64,000 nucleotides of DNA from contig CBDEFM010000002.1 of the NCBI GenBank assembly GCA_965237415.1, forward strand, positions 2,560,001-2,624,000, read 5' to 3'. The notes beneath the pieces are model-generated. The model was given only the letters and a program-made list of their open reading frames with translations. It was not told where the DNA came from and did no database searches. The translations under genes were made by a program, and so were the position numbers. Shown here in pieces: positions 8,760 through 18,671 of the stretch. The stretch comes from Alphaproteobacteria bacterium. GTDB taxonomy: Bacteria > Pseudomonadota > Alphaproteobacteria > UBA828. How positions within the stretch are numbered: position 1 is the first letter of the stretch; each line of letters begins with the position of its first letter.

Positions 8760-9857
8760 TCAGATCACCCGCTCGCTCTCCGGATCGACGAGCACGGCCC
8801 GGTTCATGTCCAAATCGAGCGCGAGCGAATCCCCCGGCTGCTCGGCGGCGGAGCCGTCCAAGCGCACGAGCATCGAGGTCTTGCCGAGGTGGAAGTTGAC
8901 GAGCGTGTTGGCACCCATGGGCTCGACAATCTCGACGGTGGTCGCGAGCCGCGCGCAGTCGGGCCTGGGCGTCTCGCCCTCGGCCCGGTACATGTGCTCG
9001 GGCCTGATGCCCAAGAGCACGTCGCGGCCGCCGTCGCCGGCGTAGCGCGCCGCCCGCTCCGGCGGCAGGGCGAAGGCATGGTCACCGGCCCTCACCGCGG
9101 CCGCGCCGTCCGCCGCCTCGATCAGTGCCGTGGCAAAATTCATCGCCGGCGAGCCGATGAAGCCCGCGACGAAGCGGGTCGCCGGCCGCTCGTAGAGCTC
9201 CAGCGGCGGCCCCTCCTGTTCGATCTGGCCGTCGCGCAGCAGCACGATCCTGTCGGCGAGCGTCATCGCCTCCACTTGATCGTGGGTCACGTAGATCATG
9301 GTCCGCTGCATGTCCTGATGCAGCCGCTTGATCTCGGTGCGCATCTCGTCGCGCAGCTGGGCGTCGAGGTTGCTGAGCGGCTCGTCGAAGAGATAGAGCT
9401 TGGCGTCCCGCACCAGCGCGCGGCCCATGGCGACGCGCTGGCGCTGGCCGCCGGAGAGCTGGCGCGGCTGGCGCTCGAGCAGGTCCGCAATCCCCAGCAT
9501 CGTGGCCGCCCGCTCCACCCGCGGGCGAACCTCGGCGGTGGCCGTGCCCCGCATCCGAAGCCCGAAGGCCACGTTCTCGAACACCGACATGTGCGGGTAG
9601 AGCGCGTAGTTCTGAAACACCATGGCCACGTCCCGGTCCTTTGGCCGGACGTCGTTGACCACCGCGCCATCGATCTCCACCGTGCCCTCGGTCACCTCCT
9701 CCAGGCCTGCGATCATGCGCAAGAGCGTGCTCTTGCCGCACCCCGACGGCCCCACCAGCACGGTGAAGGCGCGGTCCGGTATCTCGATATCCACACCGCG
9801 CACGGCATGAACCTTGCCGTAGCGCTTGTGCACGCCGCGCAGCCTGACTCCGGCCAT
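8760..9857 (-). CDS. Carbohydrate ABC transporter ATP-binding protein (UgpC/MalK family)
   Basis: [25 protein letters not shown]-terminal TOBE-like region. Confidence 0.95.
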   Translation of the reverse strand: MAGVRLRGVHKRYGKVHAVRGVDIEIPDRAFTVLVGPSGCGKSTLLRMIAGLEEVTEGTVEIDGAVVNDVRPKDRDVAMVFQNYALYPHMSVFENVAFGLRMRGTATAEVRPRVERAATMLGIADLLERQPRQLSGGQRQRVAMGRALVRDAKLYLFDEPLSNLDAQLRDEMRTEIKRLHQDMQRTMIYVTHDQVEAMTLADRIVLLRDGQIEQEGPPLELYERPATRFVAGFIGSPAMNFATALIEAADGAAAVRAGDHAFALPPERAARYAGDGGRDVLLGIRPEHMYRAEGETPRPDCARLATTVEIVEPMGANTLVNFHLGKTSMLVRLDGSAAEQPGDSLALDLDMNRAVLVDPESERVI

Positions 9858-9867
9858 CGCGCTCCTC

Positions 9868-10743
9868 CTACCCCTTGACCGCGCCCATGGTGATCCCGCG
9901 CACGAGGAAGCGCTGGAGCGTCGCCACCGCGAAGAACACCGGCAGGGTGCCAAGCACCGAAAGCGCCGCGATCTTCGCCCAGAATGTCGACTGGGCGCCG
10001 TAATAGTGGGTGACCAGCACGGGGAAGGTCAGCACTTCGTGGCGCGTCAGAATCAGCGCGAAGACGAACTCGTTCCACGCGAAGATGAAGGTGAACACCG
10101 CCGTCGCGAAGATGCCGGTGCGCGCCATCGGGAACACGATCTTGCGCAGCGCCTGCCAGCGCGAGCAGCCGTCGGTCAGCGCGCTCTCCTCCACCTCGAC
10201 CGGGATGTCCTCGATGTAGCCGCGCATCATCCAGATCACGTAGGGCAGATTGAACGCGATGTAGAGCAGGATCAGCCCGACGTAGCTGTCGATCCAGCCG
10301 AACCAGACGAACAGCAGGAAGATCGGGAAGACGATGACGATCGGCGGGATCATCCGCTGCGAGATGATCCAGATCGCGAGGTTCTGGCCGCCGGTCTTGA
10401 AGCGCGCGAGGCTGTAGGCAGCCGCGGTGCCCAGCACCATGGCAACGACGGTCGAGACGCTGGCGATGATGAGGCTGTTGTAGATCGCCCAGACGTCGCC
10501 GTCTTTGAACAGGATCCCGAAGATGCGGAAGTTCGGCTCGTTCGGGAACCAGACCGGCGGGCGGGCGAAGATATCGCCCGCCGATTTGATCGAGGTGATG
10601 AAGAGCCAGTAGACGGGGAAGAGGAAGATCACCAGCACCACGAGCGCAATCAGGAAGCGCCAGGTCATGCGCCGGCGCTCGCGGGTCAGCCAGCGCGGCC
10701 ACATGCTGGTTCGGGTGGGGGCAGGTGTGTCGGACACCGTCAT
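9868..10743 (-). CDS. Carbohydrate ABC transporter permease (MalG-like)
   Basis: EESALTDG EAA loop, AWNEF. Confidence 0.95.
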   Translation of the reverse strand: MTVSDTPAPTRTSMWPRWLTRERRRMTWRFLIALVVLVIFLFPVYWLFITSIKSAGDIFARPPVWFPNEPNFRIFGILFKDGDVWAIYNSLIIASVSTVVAMVLGTAAAYSLARFKTGGQNLAIWIISQRMIPPIVIVFPIFLLFVWFGWIDSYVGLILLYIAFNLPYVIWMMRGYIEDIPVEVEESALTDGCSRWQALRKIVFPMARTGIFATAVFTFIFAWNEFVFALILTRHEVLTFPVLVTHYYGAQSTFWAKIAALSVLGTLPVFFAVATLQRFLVRGITMGAVKG

Positions 10744-11654
10744 CGGGCGATCTCCACCCGCTTGAGCGCGAAAATGACGATGATCGAGAGCAGGATGATC
10801 ACCAGGAAGGCGATCGCGCCCGCATAGCTCGTCTCGAACTCCTTGAAGGCCCGGATGTAGGTGTAGATCGAGATCGTCTCCGTCATCGTGCCGGGGCCGC
10901 CCTTGGTCATCGCCCAGATGATGTCGAAGATGCGGAAGAGATCGAGCGCACGGATCAGGATGGCGATGACGAGCACCGGCTTGATGACCGGCAGCGTGAT
11001 CCTGAAGAATATCTTCCAGAACGAGGCGCCGTCGATCTCAGCCGCCTCGATCAAGCTGCGGTCGACGTTGGAGAGCGCGGCCAGCAGGATCAGGAACATG
11101 AACGGCGTCCACTGCCACACCTCGCAGACCAGGATCGCGGGATAGACCCATTCCGGCCGCGACAGCCAGAGGATCGCCATCGGGTCCGACGAGAACCAGC
11201 CGATGATCTGGTTGATCGGGCCGTACTGGTTGTCGAACATCAGCCGCCACGTGGAGCCTGCAACGATCGGCGAGATGACGGTCGGGATGATGAGAAGCGC
11301 GACGAACACCTGCTTGAGCGGCATCTTTTCCAGGAAGAGCTGCGCCATGAGGAGGCCCAGCACCAGCTCGATGGGGAGCGCGATCGCCAGGATCAGGAAG
11401 GTGTGGCCCATCGATTCCCAGAGCCGCGTGTCCGAGAAGAGGGCCGCGTAGTGCTTGCCGCCGGACCAGGAGGTGTCCTCGGCCAGCATGGTGATGTCCT
11501 GGAAGCTGACGATACCGGTGTGGATAATCGGGTAGAGGCCGACCAGCAGGAGCACGATGATCGACGGCGCGATCACCAGCCACTTGAAATGCCGGTCGGC
11601 GAAGAGGTTCGCGCGGTGGCCGAAGTGCGGGCCCCGGCCCGCGGCGACCGTCAT
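10740..11654 (-). CDS. Carbohydrate ABC transporter permease (MalF/UgpA-like)
   Basis: WQWTPF, EAAEIDGAS, TKGGPG. Confidence 0.95.
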   Translation of the reverse strand: MTVAAGRGPHFGHRANLFADRHFKWLVIAPSIIVLLLVGLYPIIHTGIVSFQDITMLAEDTSWSGGKHYAALFSDTRLWESMGHTFLILAIALPIELVLGLLMAQLFLEKMPLKQVFVALLIIPTVISPIVAGSTWRLMFDNQYGPINQIIGWFSSDPMAILWLSRPEWVYPAILVCEVWQWTPFMFLILLAALSNVDRSLIEAAEIDGASFWKIFFRITLPVIKPVLVIAILIRALDLFRIFDIIWAMTKGGPGTMTETISIYTYIRAFKEFETSYAGAIAFLVIILLSIIVIFALKRVEIAR

Positions 11655-11919
11655 CCGCAGGCTTTCACCGGCGGTCCGCCACCGACGTCAGCAACCGCAC
11701 CCGCCATGCCGTTCCCGTCCATGCCGGCCCGCCGCGTTCCTTCCGCACAGCCTTGAGAGGTAACGGAAATGCCGCCACGGCGCAACGTTCGCCGTGACAC
11801 TGGGGCGACGCATGATCGACCATCGGCATGGCGCTCGCTTGCGCGTAAGATGCGCCGGCAATCGGAACGGCGGGGCTCCTGCATGAGCAGGGGCTGTGCG
11901 TAGAATGGGAGTGTGAGCG

Positions 11920-12369
11920 ATGAGGCAGATCGGCTACGCCATGCAGTTCAGAGGGTCCGCCGGGCCGCAGGAGGGCAAGGAGAACGAGCTCTGGGCCAAG
12001 ACGGGCTCGACCACGATGCGGCTATCGACCTCGCTCGATGCGGGCGGGCCGCAGGTCTCTATGGAGGACGCGACCGAGCAGCGGGCGTCGTTCACTTCGA
12101 ACGTCCAGACGCTCGAGGATGGCGAAGTCACCGAGGACGGGACCATCGATTTCGGCGAGGCCGGCACGCTCGATTTCAGCACCATCGGGACCGGATGGAT
12201 GGGTCCGAGCGCAATTGACGGGCTCACTCACGGCGGGATCAGCTGGCGGGTCGACGGCGGCACAGGGCCGCTAGAGGGTGCAAGCGGGATCATCACCTCC
12301 AACTTTACCGTCTCGGGGTCGGGCGAAGTCGCCGACAACCAGTGGGGCGTCATCTACGTCAAGGACTGA
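11920..12369 (+). CDS. Hypothetical protein, Gly/Thr/Ser-rich predicted beta fold
   Basis: 149-aa ORF with GGGAG RBS and coding-like codon usage; GGTGPLEGASG segment. Confidence 0.75.
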   Translation: MRQIGYAMQFRGSAGPQEGKENELWAKTGSTTMRLSTSLDAGGPQVSMEDATEQRASFTSNVQTLEDGEVTEDGTIDFGEAGTLDFSTIGTGWMGPSAIDGLTHGGISWRVDGGTGPLEGASGIITSNFTVSGSGEVADNQWGVIYVKD

Positions 12370-12410
12370 CGCGCGTGCAGGACGGCACCGCCCGACAGAG
12401 TGCGAATGGC

Positions 12411-13085
12411 GTGAGCCGCCGCAGCCCCCGGCCGAAAGACGCTGCTACGTTGGTTCTCTTGCGCGAGGGCAGGGGTGGGCCCGAGGTCCTGATGGGCCGC
12501 CGCCCCCGCCGCCAGGTGTTCATGCCCGGCCAGTACGTGTTTCCGGGCGGCGGCGTCGAGCCCTGCGATCGCTGGGTCCGCCCGGCGACGGAGCTCAGGC
12601 CCGGCGTGGCCGCACGGCTTGCGCGCTCCGCTTCGCCTGCGCGCGCCCGCTCGCTGGCTGCTGCGGCCGTGCGCGAGACCTTCGAGGAGACAGGGCTCGC
12701 CCTCGGTCTGCAAGCGCCGGCGGCAAACGGCCGTCTCCGGCCCGAATGGCAGGCCTTTCACGCGACCGGCCTGGCACCCGCCCTCGACAAGCTCGACTAC
12801 ATCTACCGCGCGGTCACGCCGCCGGGGCTGCCGCGGCGCTTCAACGCACGGTTCTTCCTGGCCCGCGCGACCGACGCGTCGGGGACGCTCGGCAGCAACG
12901 GCGAGCTACTCGATCTCGGCTGGGTGCCGGTGACGGAGGCCATGGGCTTGCCGATCCCCTACATCACCGCCGTCGTGCTGGAGGAGCTCGAGCACATGTA
13001 CGCTTCGCCCCCCGATCCCGATAGCGACCGGCCCGTGCCGGTCTGCATCCGCGTGGGGCGGGACCACGTCCACAGCCACGAATAG
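12411..13085 (+). CDS. NUDIX hydrolase
   Basis: DAATLVL, YVFPGGGVE, AVRETFEETG, RRFNARFF; start uncertain. Confidence 0.85.
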   Translation: MSRRSPRPKDAATLVLLREGRGGPEVLMGRRPRRQVFMPGQYVFPGGGVEPCDRWVRPATELRPGVAARLARSASPARARSLAAAAVRETFEETGLALGLQAPAANGRLRPEWQAFHATGLAPALDKLDYIYRAVTPPGLPRRFNARFFLARATDASGTLGSNGELLDLGWVPVTEAMGLPIPYITAVVLEELEHMYASPPDPDSDRPVPVCIRVGRDHVHSHE

Positions 13086-13106
13086 CGGTCACGGGCGGCG
13101 GACCGA

Positions 13107-14120
13107 CTACTCCGCCGAAACCCTGACCAGCAGCTTGCCGAAGTTGCTGCCGTCGAAGAAGCGCTGAAACGCCGCGGGCGCGTTCTCGAGGCCGTCCACG
13201 ATGTCCTCCTTGAAGGCGAGCCGGCCTTCCCCCAGCCAACGGGCGAGGCGCTTGCGCGCGTGCTCGTAGTGCGCGCCGTAGGAGTAGATGTTGAAGCCCT
13301 TCACCTCGGTCTCGGTGAAGAGGATCGGCGCGAGATGGCTTGCGACCCTGGGCGGCTCGGTCGCGTTGTAGTGGGAAATGCCGCCGCAGATCACCACGCG
13401 GGCGCCGTGAGCGAGCAGGGGATAGATCGCATCGCCGATAGGCCCGCCGACATTCTCGAAGTAGACGTCGATGCCATCGGGGCACGCCGCGGAGAGGGCT
13501 GCGGGCAGATCGTCGGTATGCCTGTCGATGGCCTCATCGAAGCCGAGCTCTTGCGCGAGATAGCGCAGCTTCTCCGCCCCGCCGGCGATGCCGACGACCC
13601 TGCAGCCCGCGATCTTCGCCACCTGGCCTGCGACCGCACCGACCGCGCCCGACGCCGCCGAGATGACGACCGTATCGCCGGGCGCGGGCCGGCCGACCTT
13701 GACGAGCCCGAGATAGGCGGTGAGCCCCGGCATGCCGAGCACGCCGACGGCCGTCGACAGCGGCCCCAGCGCCGGGTTCACTTTGCGCGCCTCTGCGCCC
13801 TGCGCGATGGCGTAGTCCTGCCAGCCGGTGTAGTCGTCGACGATATCGCCGGGTGCGAATTTCGGGTGCCGGCTCTCCACCACCCGGCTAACCGCGCCCC
13901 CCACGATCACGTCGCCGAGCGGGATCGGCGGGTAGTAGCGGAGGTCCGTGCCCATCCTGAGCCGCATGTAGGGGTCGAGGGAGAGCCAGATCGTCCGCAC
14001 TAGCAGCTCGCCCTCTGCCGGCGTCGGCACCGGCCCCTCGACGAGGCGGAAATCCGTCTCCTTCGGCGGCCCCACCGGGCGCGCGGCGAGCGCGATCTGG
14101 CGGTTGGTGTTGGCTATCAT
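13107..14120 (-). CDS. NADP-dependent oxidoreductase (prostaglandin reductase/CurA family)
   Basis: [39 protein letters not shown]. Confidence 0.95.
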   Translation of the reverse strand: MIANTNRQIALAARPVGPPKETDFRLVEGPVPTPAEGELLVRTIWLSLDPYMRLRMGTDLRYYPPIPLGDVIVGGAVSRVVESRHPKFAPGDIVDDYTGWQDYAIAQGAEARKVNPALGPLSTAVGVLGMPGLTAYLGLVKVGRPAPGDTVVISAASGAVGAVAGQVAKIAGCRVVGIAGGAEKLRYLAQELGFDEAIDRHTDDLPAALSAACPDGIDVYFENVGGPIGDAIYPLLAHGARVVICGGISHYNATEPPRVASHLAPILFTETEVKGFNIYSYGAHYEHARKRLARWLGEGRLAFKEDIVDGLENAPAAFQRFFDGSNFGKLLVRVSAE

Positions 14121-14245
14121 CGGCGCCGCTCCCTCTCTCCCTCCCCTCGAGTCTATGCGACCCGCGGTCGGCAGCAAATTCGGCTGTCTTCAGCGCGCTC
14201 CGGCGACTACTCTTTTCCGACGACGCAAGAGGGAGACGACGGCCG

Positions 14246-14941
14246 ATGAACCTCACCCCGACAGAGCAGGAGCGGCTCACCATCTTCACTGCCGCCCAGC
14301 TTGCGCGTGAGCACAAGCGCCGCGGCATCAAGCTCAGCCACCCGGAAGCGATCGCCTATATCTGCGACGAGCTCCTGATGTGTGCGCGCGAAGGTCGCAC
14401 CCTCAAGGACCTTATGGGCTATGGCGCGGAGATCCTCACGTCGGACGACGTGATGCCGGGCGTGCCGGAGCTGATTCCGGTCATCCATGTCGAGGCGGTG
14501 TTCCCGGACGGCGCCAAGCTCATCACCGTGCACCAGCCGATCCGCCCGGGCACGGCGGAGAGCCCGCCCAGCCCCCGCGCCGGCGAGATCATCACGCCGG
14601 ACGAGGAGATCGAGCTGAACGCAGGCCGGAGGACCGGATCGGTGGCGGTCACCAACACCGGCGACCGCCCGGTCCAGATCGGCAGCCACTTCCACTTCTT
14701 CGAGATCAACCGGGCCCTCGACTTCGATCGTCAGGCGACCTTCGGCATGCGCCTCGACATCCCGTCCGGCACTGCCGTGCGCTTCGAGCCCGGGCAAGAG
14801 AAGGAGGTCGCGCTGGTGGAGATCGGCGGCCGCGGCCGGGTCACCGGCTTCAACTCCCTCACCGAGGGCATGATCGATTCGCCCGAAGTCAAGGATCAGG
14901 CGATCGCCCGCGCGAAAGCGGGCGGCTTCCGGGGAGCGTAG
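14246..14941 (+). CDS. ureAB: Urease-family fused gamma-beta subunit
   Basis: Gamma part (MNLTPTEQE...[14 protein letters not shown]) fused to beta part ([17 protein letters not shown]...[15 protein letters not shown]). Confidence 0.95.
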   Translation: MNLTPTEQERLTIFTAAQLAREHKRRGIKLSHPEAIAYICDELLMCAREGRTLKDLMGYGAEILTSDDVMPGVPELIPVIHVEAVFPDGAKLITVHQPIRPGTAESPPSPRAGEIITPDEEIELNAGRRTGSVAVTNTGDRPVQIGSHFHFFEINRALDFDRQATFGMRLDIPSGTAVRFEPGQEKEVALVEIGGRGRVTGFNSLTEGMIDSPEVKDQAIARAKAGGFRGA

Positions 14942-14945
14942 GCAG

Positions 14946-16655
14946 ATGGTGAAGATCGCACGCGAGACCTATGCCCGCTACTACGGGCCGACCAAGGGCG
15001 ACAAGATCCGACTCGGCGATACCTCGCTGATCGGCGAGATCGAGCACGACCACACCACCTACGGCGATGAGTGCTGGACCGGCGCCGGCCGCGTGATGCG
15101 CGACGGCATGTCCTACGACGCCCATACCTCCGCAGCCGACGGCGCCATCGACATGCTGGTCGAGAACGCGACCGTCATCGACCCCGTGCTCGGCCTCGTG
15201 AAAGCCGACATCGGCATCAAGGACGGCAAGATCGCGGGCGTCGGCAAGGCCGGCAATCCCAACACGCAGGACGGGGTGGATTCGAACCTCGTCTGCGGCC
15301 CCAACACCACCTACTACCCGGCCAGCGGCCTTATCGTGACGCCGGGCGGCATCGACGTGCACGTCCACTGGTTGTCGGCGGACCAGTGCAACCACGCGCT
15401 GGCGAGCGGGCTCACCACCATGATCGGCGGCACCATGGGACCGCTCTTCGCCATCGACTGCGGCGGCCCCTGGAACACCTACCGGATGCTGGAGGCATCG
15501 GAAGCGTGGCCGATCAATTTCGGCTTCTTCGGCCGCGGCTCGTCCCACGATCCGGCGACCATCGTCGAGCATCTCGACGGCGCCATCATCGGCGTCAAGA
15601 TCCACGAGGACTACGGCGCCATGCCGGCCACCATCGATGCCTGCCTGCGCGCCTCCGCCGAGCACGATTTCCCGGTCCAGATACACACTGACACGCTGAA
15701 CGAGTCCGGCTTCTACGAAGACACGATGGCGGCGATCGCAGGTCGCACCATCCACATGTACCACACGGAAGGCTCCGGCGGCGGCCACGCGCCGGACATC
15801 ATCCGCTGCAACGGCGAGCCCCACTGCCTGCCGTCGTCGACCAACCCGACCAACCCCTACACGGTCAACGTCTTCGACGAGCAGCTCGACATGACCATGG
15901 CCTGCCATCTGCTGCGCTACGACCTGCCGGAAGACGTGGCCTTCGCCGAGAGCCGGGTGCGGCACGGCACCATCGCGGCCGAGGACGTGCTGCACGACAT
16001 CGGCGCGGTCTCGATGTTCGGCTCCGACAGCCAGGGCATGGGGCGGATCAACGAGGTCATCACGCGCTGCTGGCAGCTTGCGAGCAAGATGCGCGACCAG
16101 CGCGGGCGGCTACCTGAGGAGACCACCGCCGACGCCGACAACGAGCGCATCAAGCGCTATATCGCGAAATACACCATCAACCCGGCGATCGCCTTCGGCG
16201 TCGACCAATACGTGGGCTCGCTGGAGCCCGGCAAGATGGCCGATCTCGTCACCTGGAAGCCCGCCTTCTTCGGCATCAAACCCTTCGGCGTCATCAAGGG
16301 CGGCTTCGTCGCCTGGGGCCAGAGCGGCGATCCCTCCGGCAGCTACTTCCAGACCGAGCCGGTCATCATGCGGCCCCAGTTCGGCCATCACGGACGCGCG
16401 CCGGCGACGCTGAGCGCCGTCTTCGCGCATCGGCGCGCGCTCGATATCGACGTGCCCGGCCGCATCGGCCTGAGCAAACCGATCCTGCCGATCGGGAGCT
16501 TCACCAAGCTCACCAAGAAGGACATGCTGCACAACGACGCCTGCCCCGACATCCGCGTCGACTCCCAGACCTTCGAGGTCTTCGTCGACGGGACGCTGGC
16601 GGCCTGCGAGCCGATCGACAAGATCACCCTCGGCCAGAACTACCTGCTGCGCTGA
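14946..16655 (+). CDS. ureC: Urease-family alpha subunit, divergent
   Basis: [35 protein letters not shown] metal-site motifs; several pocket motifs altered. Confidence 0.9.
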   Translation: MVKIARETYARYYGPTKGDKIRLGDTSLIGEIEHDHTTYGDECWTGAGRVMRDGMSYDAHTSAADGAIDMLVENATVIDPVLGLVKADIGIKDGKIAGVGKAGNPNTQDGVDSNLVCGPNTTYYPASGLIVTPGGIDVHVHWLSADQCNHALASGLTTMIGGTMGPLFAIDCGGPWNTYRMLEASEAWPINFGFFGRGSSHDPATIVEHLDGAIIGVKIHEDYGAMPATIDACLRASAEHDFPVQIHTDTLNESGFYEDTMAAIAGRTIHMYHTEGSGGGHAPDIIRCNGEPHCLPSSTNPTNPYTVNVFDEQLDMTMACHLLRYDLPEDVAFAESRVRHGTIAAEDVLHDIGAVSMFGSDSQGMGRINEVITRCWQLASKMRDQRGRLPEETTADADNERIKRYIAKYTINPAIAFGVDQYVGSLEPGKMADLVTWKPAFFGIKPFGVIKGGFVAWGQSGDPSGSYFQTEPVIMRPQFGHHGRAPATLSAVFAHRRALDIDVPGRIGLSKPILPIGSFTKLTKKDMLHNDACPDIRVDSQTFEVFVDGTLAACEPIDKITLGQNYLLR

Positions 16656-16663
16656 GCCTTCGT

Positions 16664-17521
16664 TTGGCTGCCTCCGTGTCCCAGGCTGCCCGGGCCAATG
16701 AGGAGCCACAGGCGGCGCTCCGCTTCGCCCGCGCACCCGATGGCCAGAGCTACATCGCCCGCCAGCGCGTCGGCTACCCGTTCCACATCACCCGGCCGTT
16801 CTACTTCGACGAGGCGCCGGCCGGAGCGTTGACGCTCTATCTCCAGTCGGTCTCCGGCGGCATCTACCAGGGCGAGGATCTGCGCATGATCTGCGGCGCA
16901 GAGGCCGGCAGTGCCGCCCATGTGACCACCCAGGCGGCGACCATCGTGCACCGGATGCCTGCCGCGCCGGCGCGGCAGACGGTCGCGCTGGAGGCGGCTG
17001 ACGGTGCGCTTCTCGAATATCTGCCGGACCCGCTGATCATGTTTCCGGGCGCCCGGCTCACCTCGCTGCTGGAAATCGAGGCCGCGGAGGGTGCCACGGT
17101 CATCGCGTCCGAAAGCTTCGCTCACCACGACCCCGGCGGCGAGGATCGACGGTTCGAAAGCTTCGCGGCGGAGATGCGTATCCGCGATGAGGGGGGCCGC
17201 CTGCTTGCGCTGGAGCGCTACGCCCTCGCCGGCGATCGTCTGGCGAAGGGTGCGAGCCAGATCGCGCGCTGGCCGGCGCAGGGCAGTCTCGTCGTCGCCC
17301 ACCGCGGCCCTGCGCGCGAGGCCATCCTGGCCGCTCTCCGCTCGGCGCTTGCGCCGACGGAGGCCTTCTACGGCGGCGCCTCGGCGCTCCCCAACGAGGC
17401 CGGTGTGGGCGTGCGCCTGCTGGCGCGGGACGGGGCCCGGCTGCGGCGCGGGCTGGAGGCAGCGTGGTGCGCAGTCAGGCTCGCGCTCTACGGCGCGCCG
17501 CCCGCCCGCCGCCGCAAGTAG
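16664..17521 (+). CDS. ureD: Urease accessory protein UreD
   Basis: YPFHITRPFY, SGGIYQGE, TTQAATIVH, LEYLPDPLIMFPGA; directly follows ureC. Confidence 0.9.
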   Translation: MAASVSQAARANEEPQAALRFARAPDGQSYIARQRVGYPFHITRPFYFDEAPAGALTLYLQSVSGGIYQGEDLRMICGAEAGSAAHVTTQAATIVHRMPAAPARQTVALEAADGALLEYLPDPLIMFPGARLTSLLEIEAAEGATVIASESFAHHDPGGEDRRFESFAAEMRIRDEGGRLLALERYALAGDRLAKGASQIARWPAQGSLVVAHRGPAREAILAALRSALAPTEAFYGGASALPNEAGVGVRLLARDGARLRRGLEAAWCAVRLALYGAPPARRRK

Positions 17522-17596
17522 GCGTGGCCCGCCTTCACAGCACGCTCTTGATATTGGTTCACGCAATATCCGCGACGACGTAAAGACCGCGATCAT
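17522..17596 (-). pseudogene. Truncated VapC (PIN) toxin remnant
   Basis: ATGA overlap with antitoxin stop; MIAVFTSSRILREP resembles the VapC N-terminus MIAVDTSAxxAILxxEP, then runs into antisense ureD. Confidence 0.6.
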
Positions 17597-17850
17597 TTTG
17601 GCAAGCCGTCATCGTCGTAGAGAAAATCCTGGCTGCGCGCAGCCGTAGCTCCCTCGGTTCGCTTGCCCCGAGCGGTCGTCTGCACGGCCGCGATCAGTGT
17701 ACGCCGAGCTTCGAGATCGGGTTGCGGCTGCACCGGCACCAAGCGAACGATAGCCTTGCCGTGACGGGTGAGCACCACCTCATCGCCCGCTTCCGCCCGG
17801 CGGACAAGCTCGGTCAATCGTCCCTTCGCTTCGCTGACGGAAATTCGCAT
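17593..17850 (-). CDS. Phd/YefM family antitoxin
   Basis: MRISVSEAKGRLTELVRRAEAGDEVVLTRHGKAIVRLVP; C-terminal DFLYDDDGLPK typical of VapB-type partners. Confidence 0.9.
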   Translation of the reverse strand: MRISVSEAKGRLTELVRRAEAGDEVVLTRHGKAIVRLVPVQPQPDLEARRTLIAAVQTTARGKRTEGATAARSQDFLYDDDGLPK

Positions 17851-17993
17851 CGGGCCAGTTCCTTCATGCAAAGTCACTAGCCCCGAAATTGAACCATGAT
17901 GCGGTCTATTCAAGGCCAGTGTTTCAGGTGTTGTCCGGCACACAATGTGTTGAGGCCCTTGATCGCTGCGCCCGGCCTGCCAAGGTTGCAGCC

Positions 17994-18671
17994 ATGCACG
18001 TGCTGGTCGTCGAAGACGACATCGAAACCGCCCGCTATCTGCAGAAGGGCCTGAGCGAGAGCGGCCATGTGGTCGAGCTCGTCCACGACGGGGCGGACGG
18101 GCTCTCGCTCGCGTTGGACCACCGCTTCGACGCGCTCGTGGTCGACCGCATGCTGCCGGGCCTCGACGGCCTCGCGCTAATTGAGACGCTGCGCCGCAAG
18201 GGCCGGCGCACGCCGGTGCTGATTCTCAGCGCGCTCGCCCAGGTGGACGACCGGGTCGAAGGGCTCAGGGCCGGCGGCGACGACTACCTGACCAAGCCCT
18301 TCGCTTTCTCCGAGCTGCTGGCGCGGTTGGAGGCGCTGCTCAGGCGCGCCGACAGCTTTGGCGGCGAGACCCGCCTCGGCCTCGCCGATTTGGAGGTCGA
18401 CTTGCTCGCCCGCACGGTGCGGCGCGCGGGGCGCGAGATCGTTCTGCAGCCCCGCGAGTTCACGCTGCTCGCCTATTTCATGCGCCACGCAGGCCAGGTT
18501 GTCACACGCACGATGCTGCTCGAACATGTCTGGGGCTACCACTTCGACCCGCAGACCAACGTGATCGACGTTCATGTGAGCCGGCTGCGCGGCAAGATCG
18601 ACAAGGGCTTCGACACGCCCCTGATCCACACCGTGCGCGGCGTCGGGTATTGCTTCCGTGCCGACGGATAG
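17994..18671 (+). CDS. OmpR-family response regulator
   Basis: VVEDD, DRMLPGLDG, DDYLTKPF, winged-helix HTVRGVGY. Confidence 0.95.
   Translation: MHVLVVEDDIETARYLQKGLSESGHVVELVHDGADGLSLALDHRFDALVVDRMLPGLDGLALIETLRRKGRRTPVLILSALAQVDDRVEGLRAGGDDYLTKPFAFSELLARLEALLRRADSFGGETRLGLADLEVDLLARTVRRAGREIVLQPREFTLLAYFMRHAGQVVTRTMLLEHVWGYHFDPQTNVIDVHVSRLRGKIDKGFDTPLIHTVRGVGYCFRADG

Noticed and set aside
8512-9045. ORF spanning the MITE as a transposase
   Set aside because: No DDE-like motifs; mostly antisense to the ABC ATPase
16640-17596. 318-aa minus-strand ORF as a full gene
   Set aside because: Only the first ~20 codons look like VapC; the rest is antisense shadow of ureD
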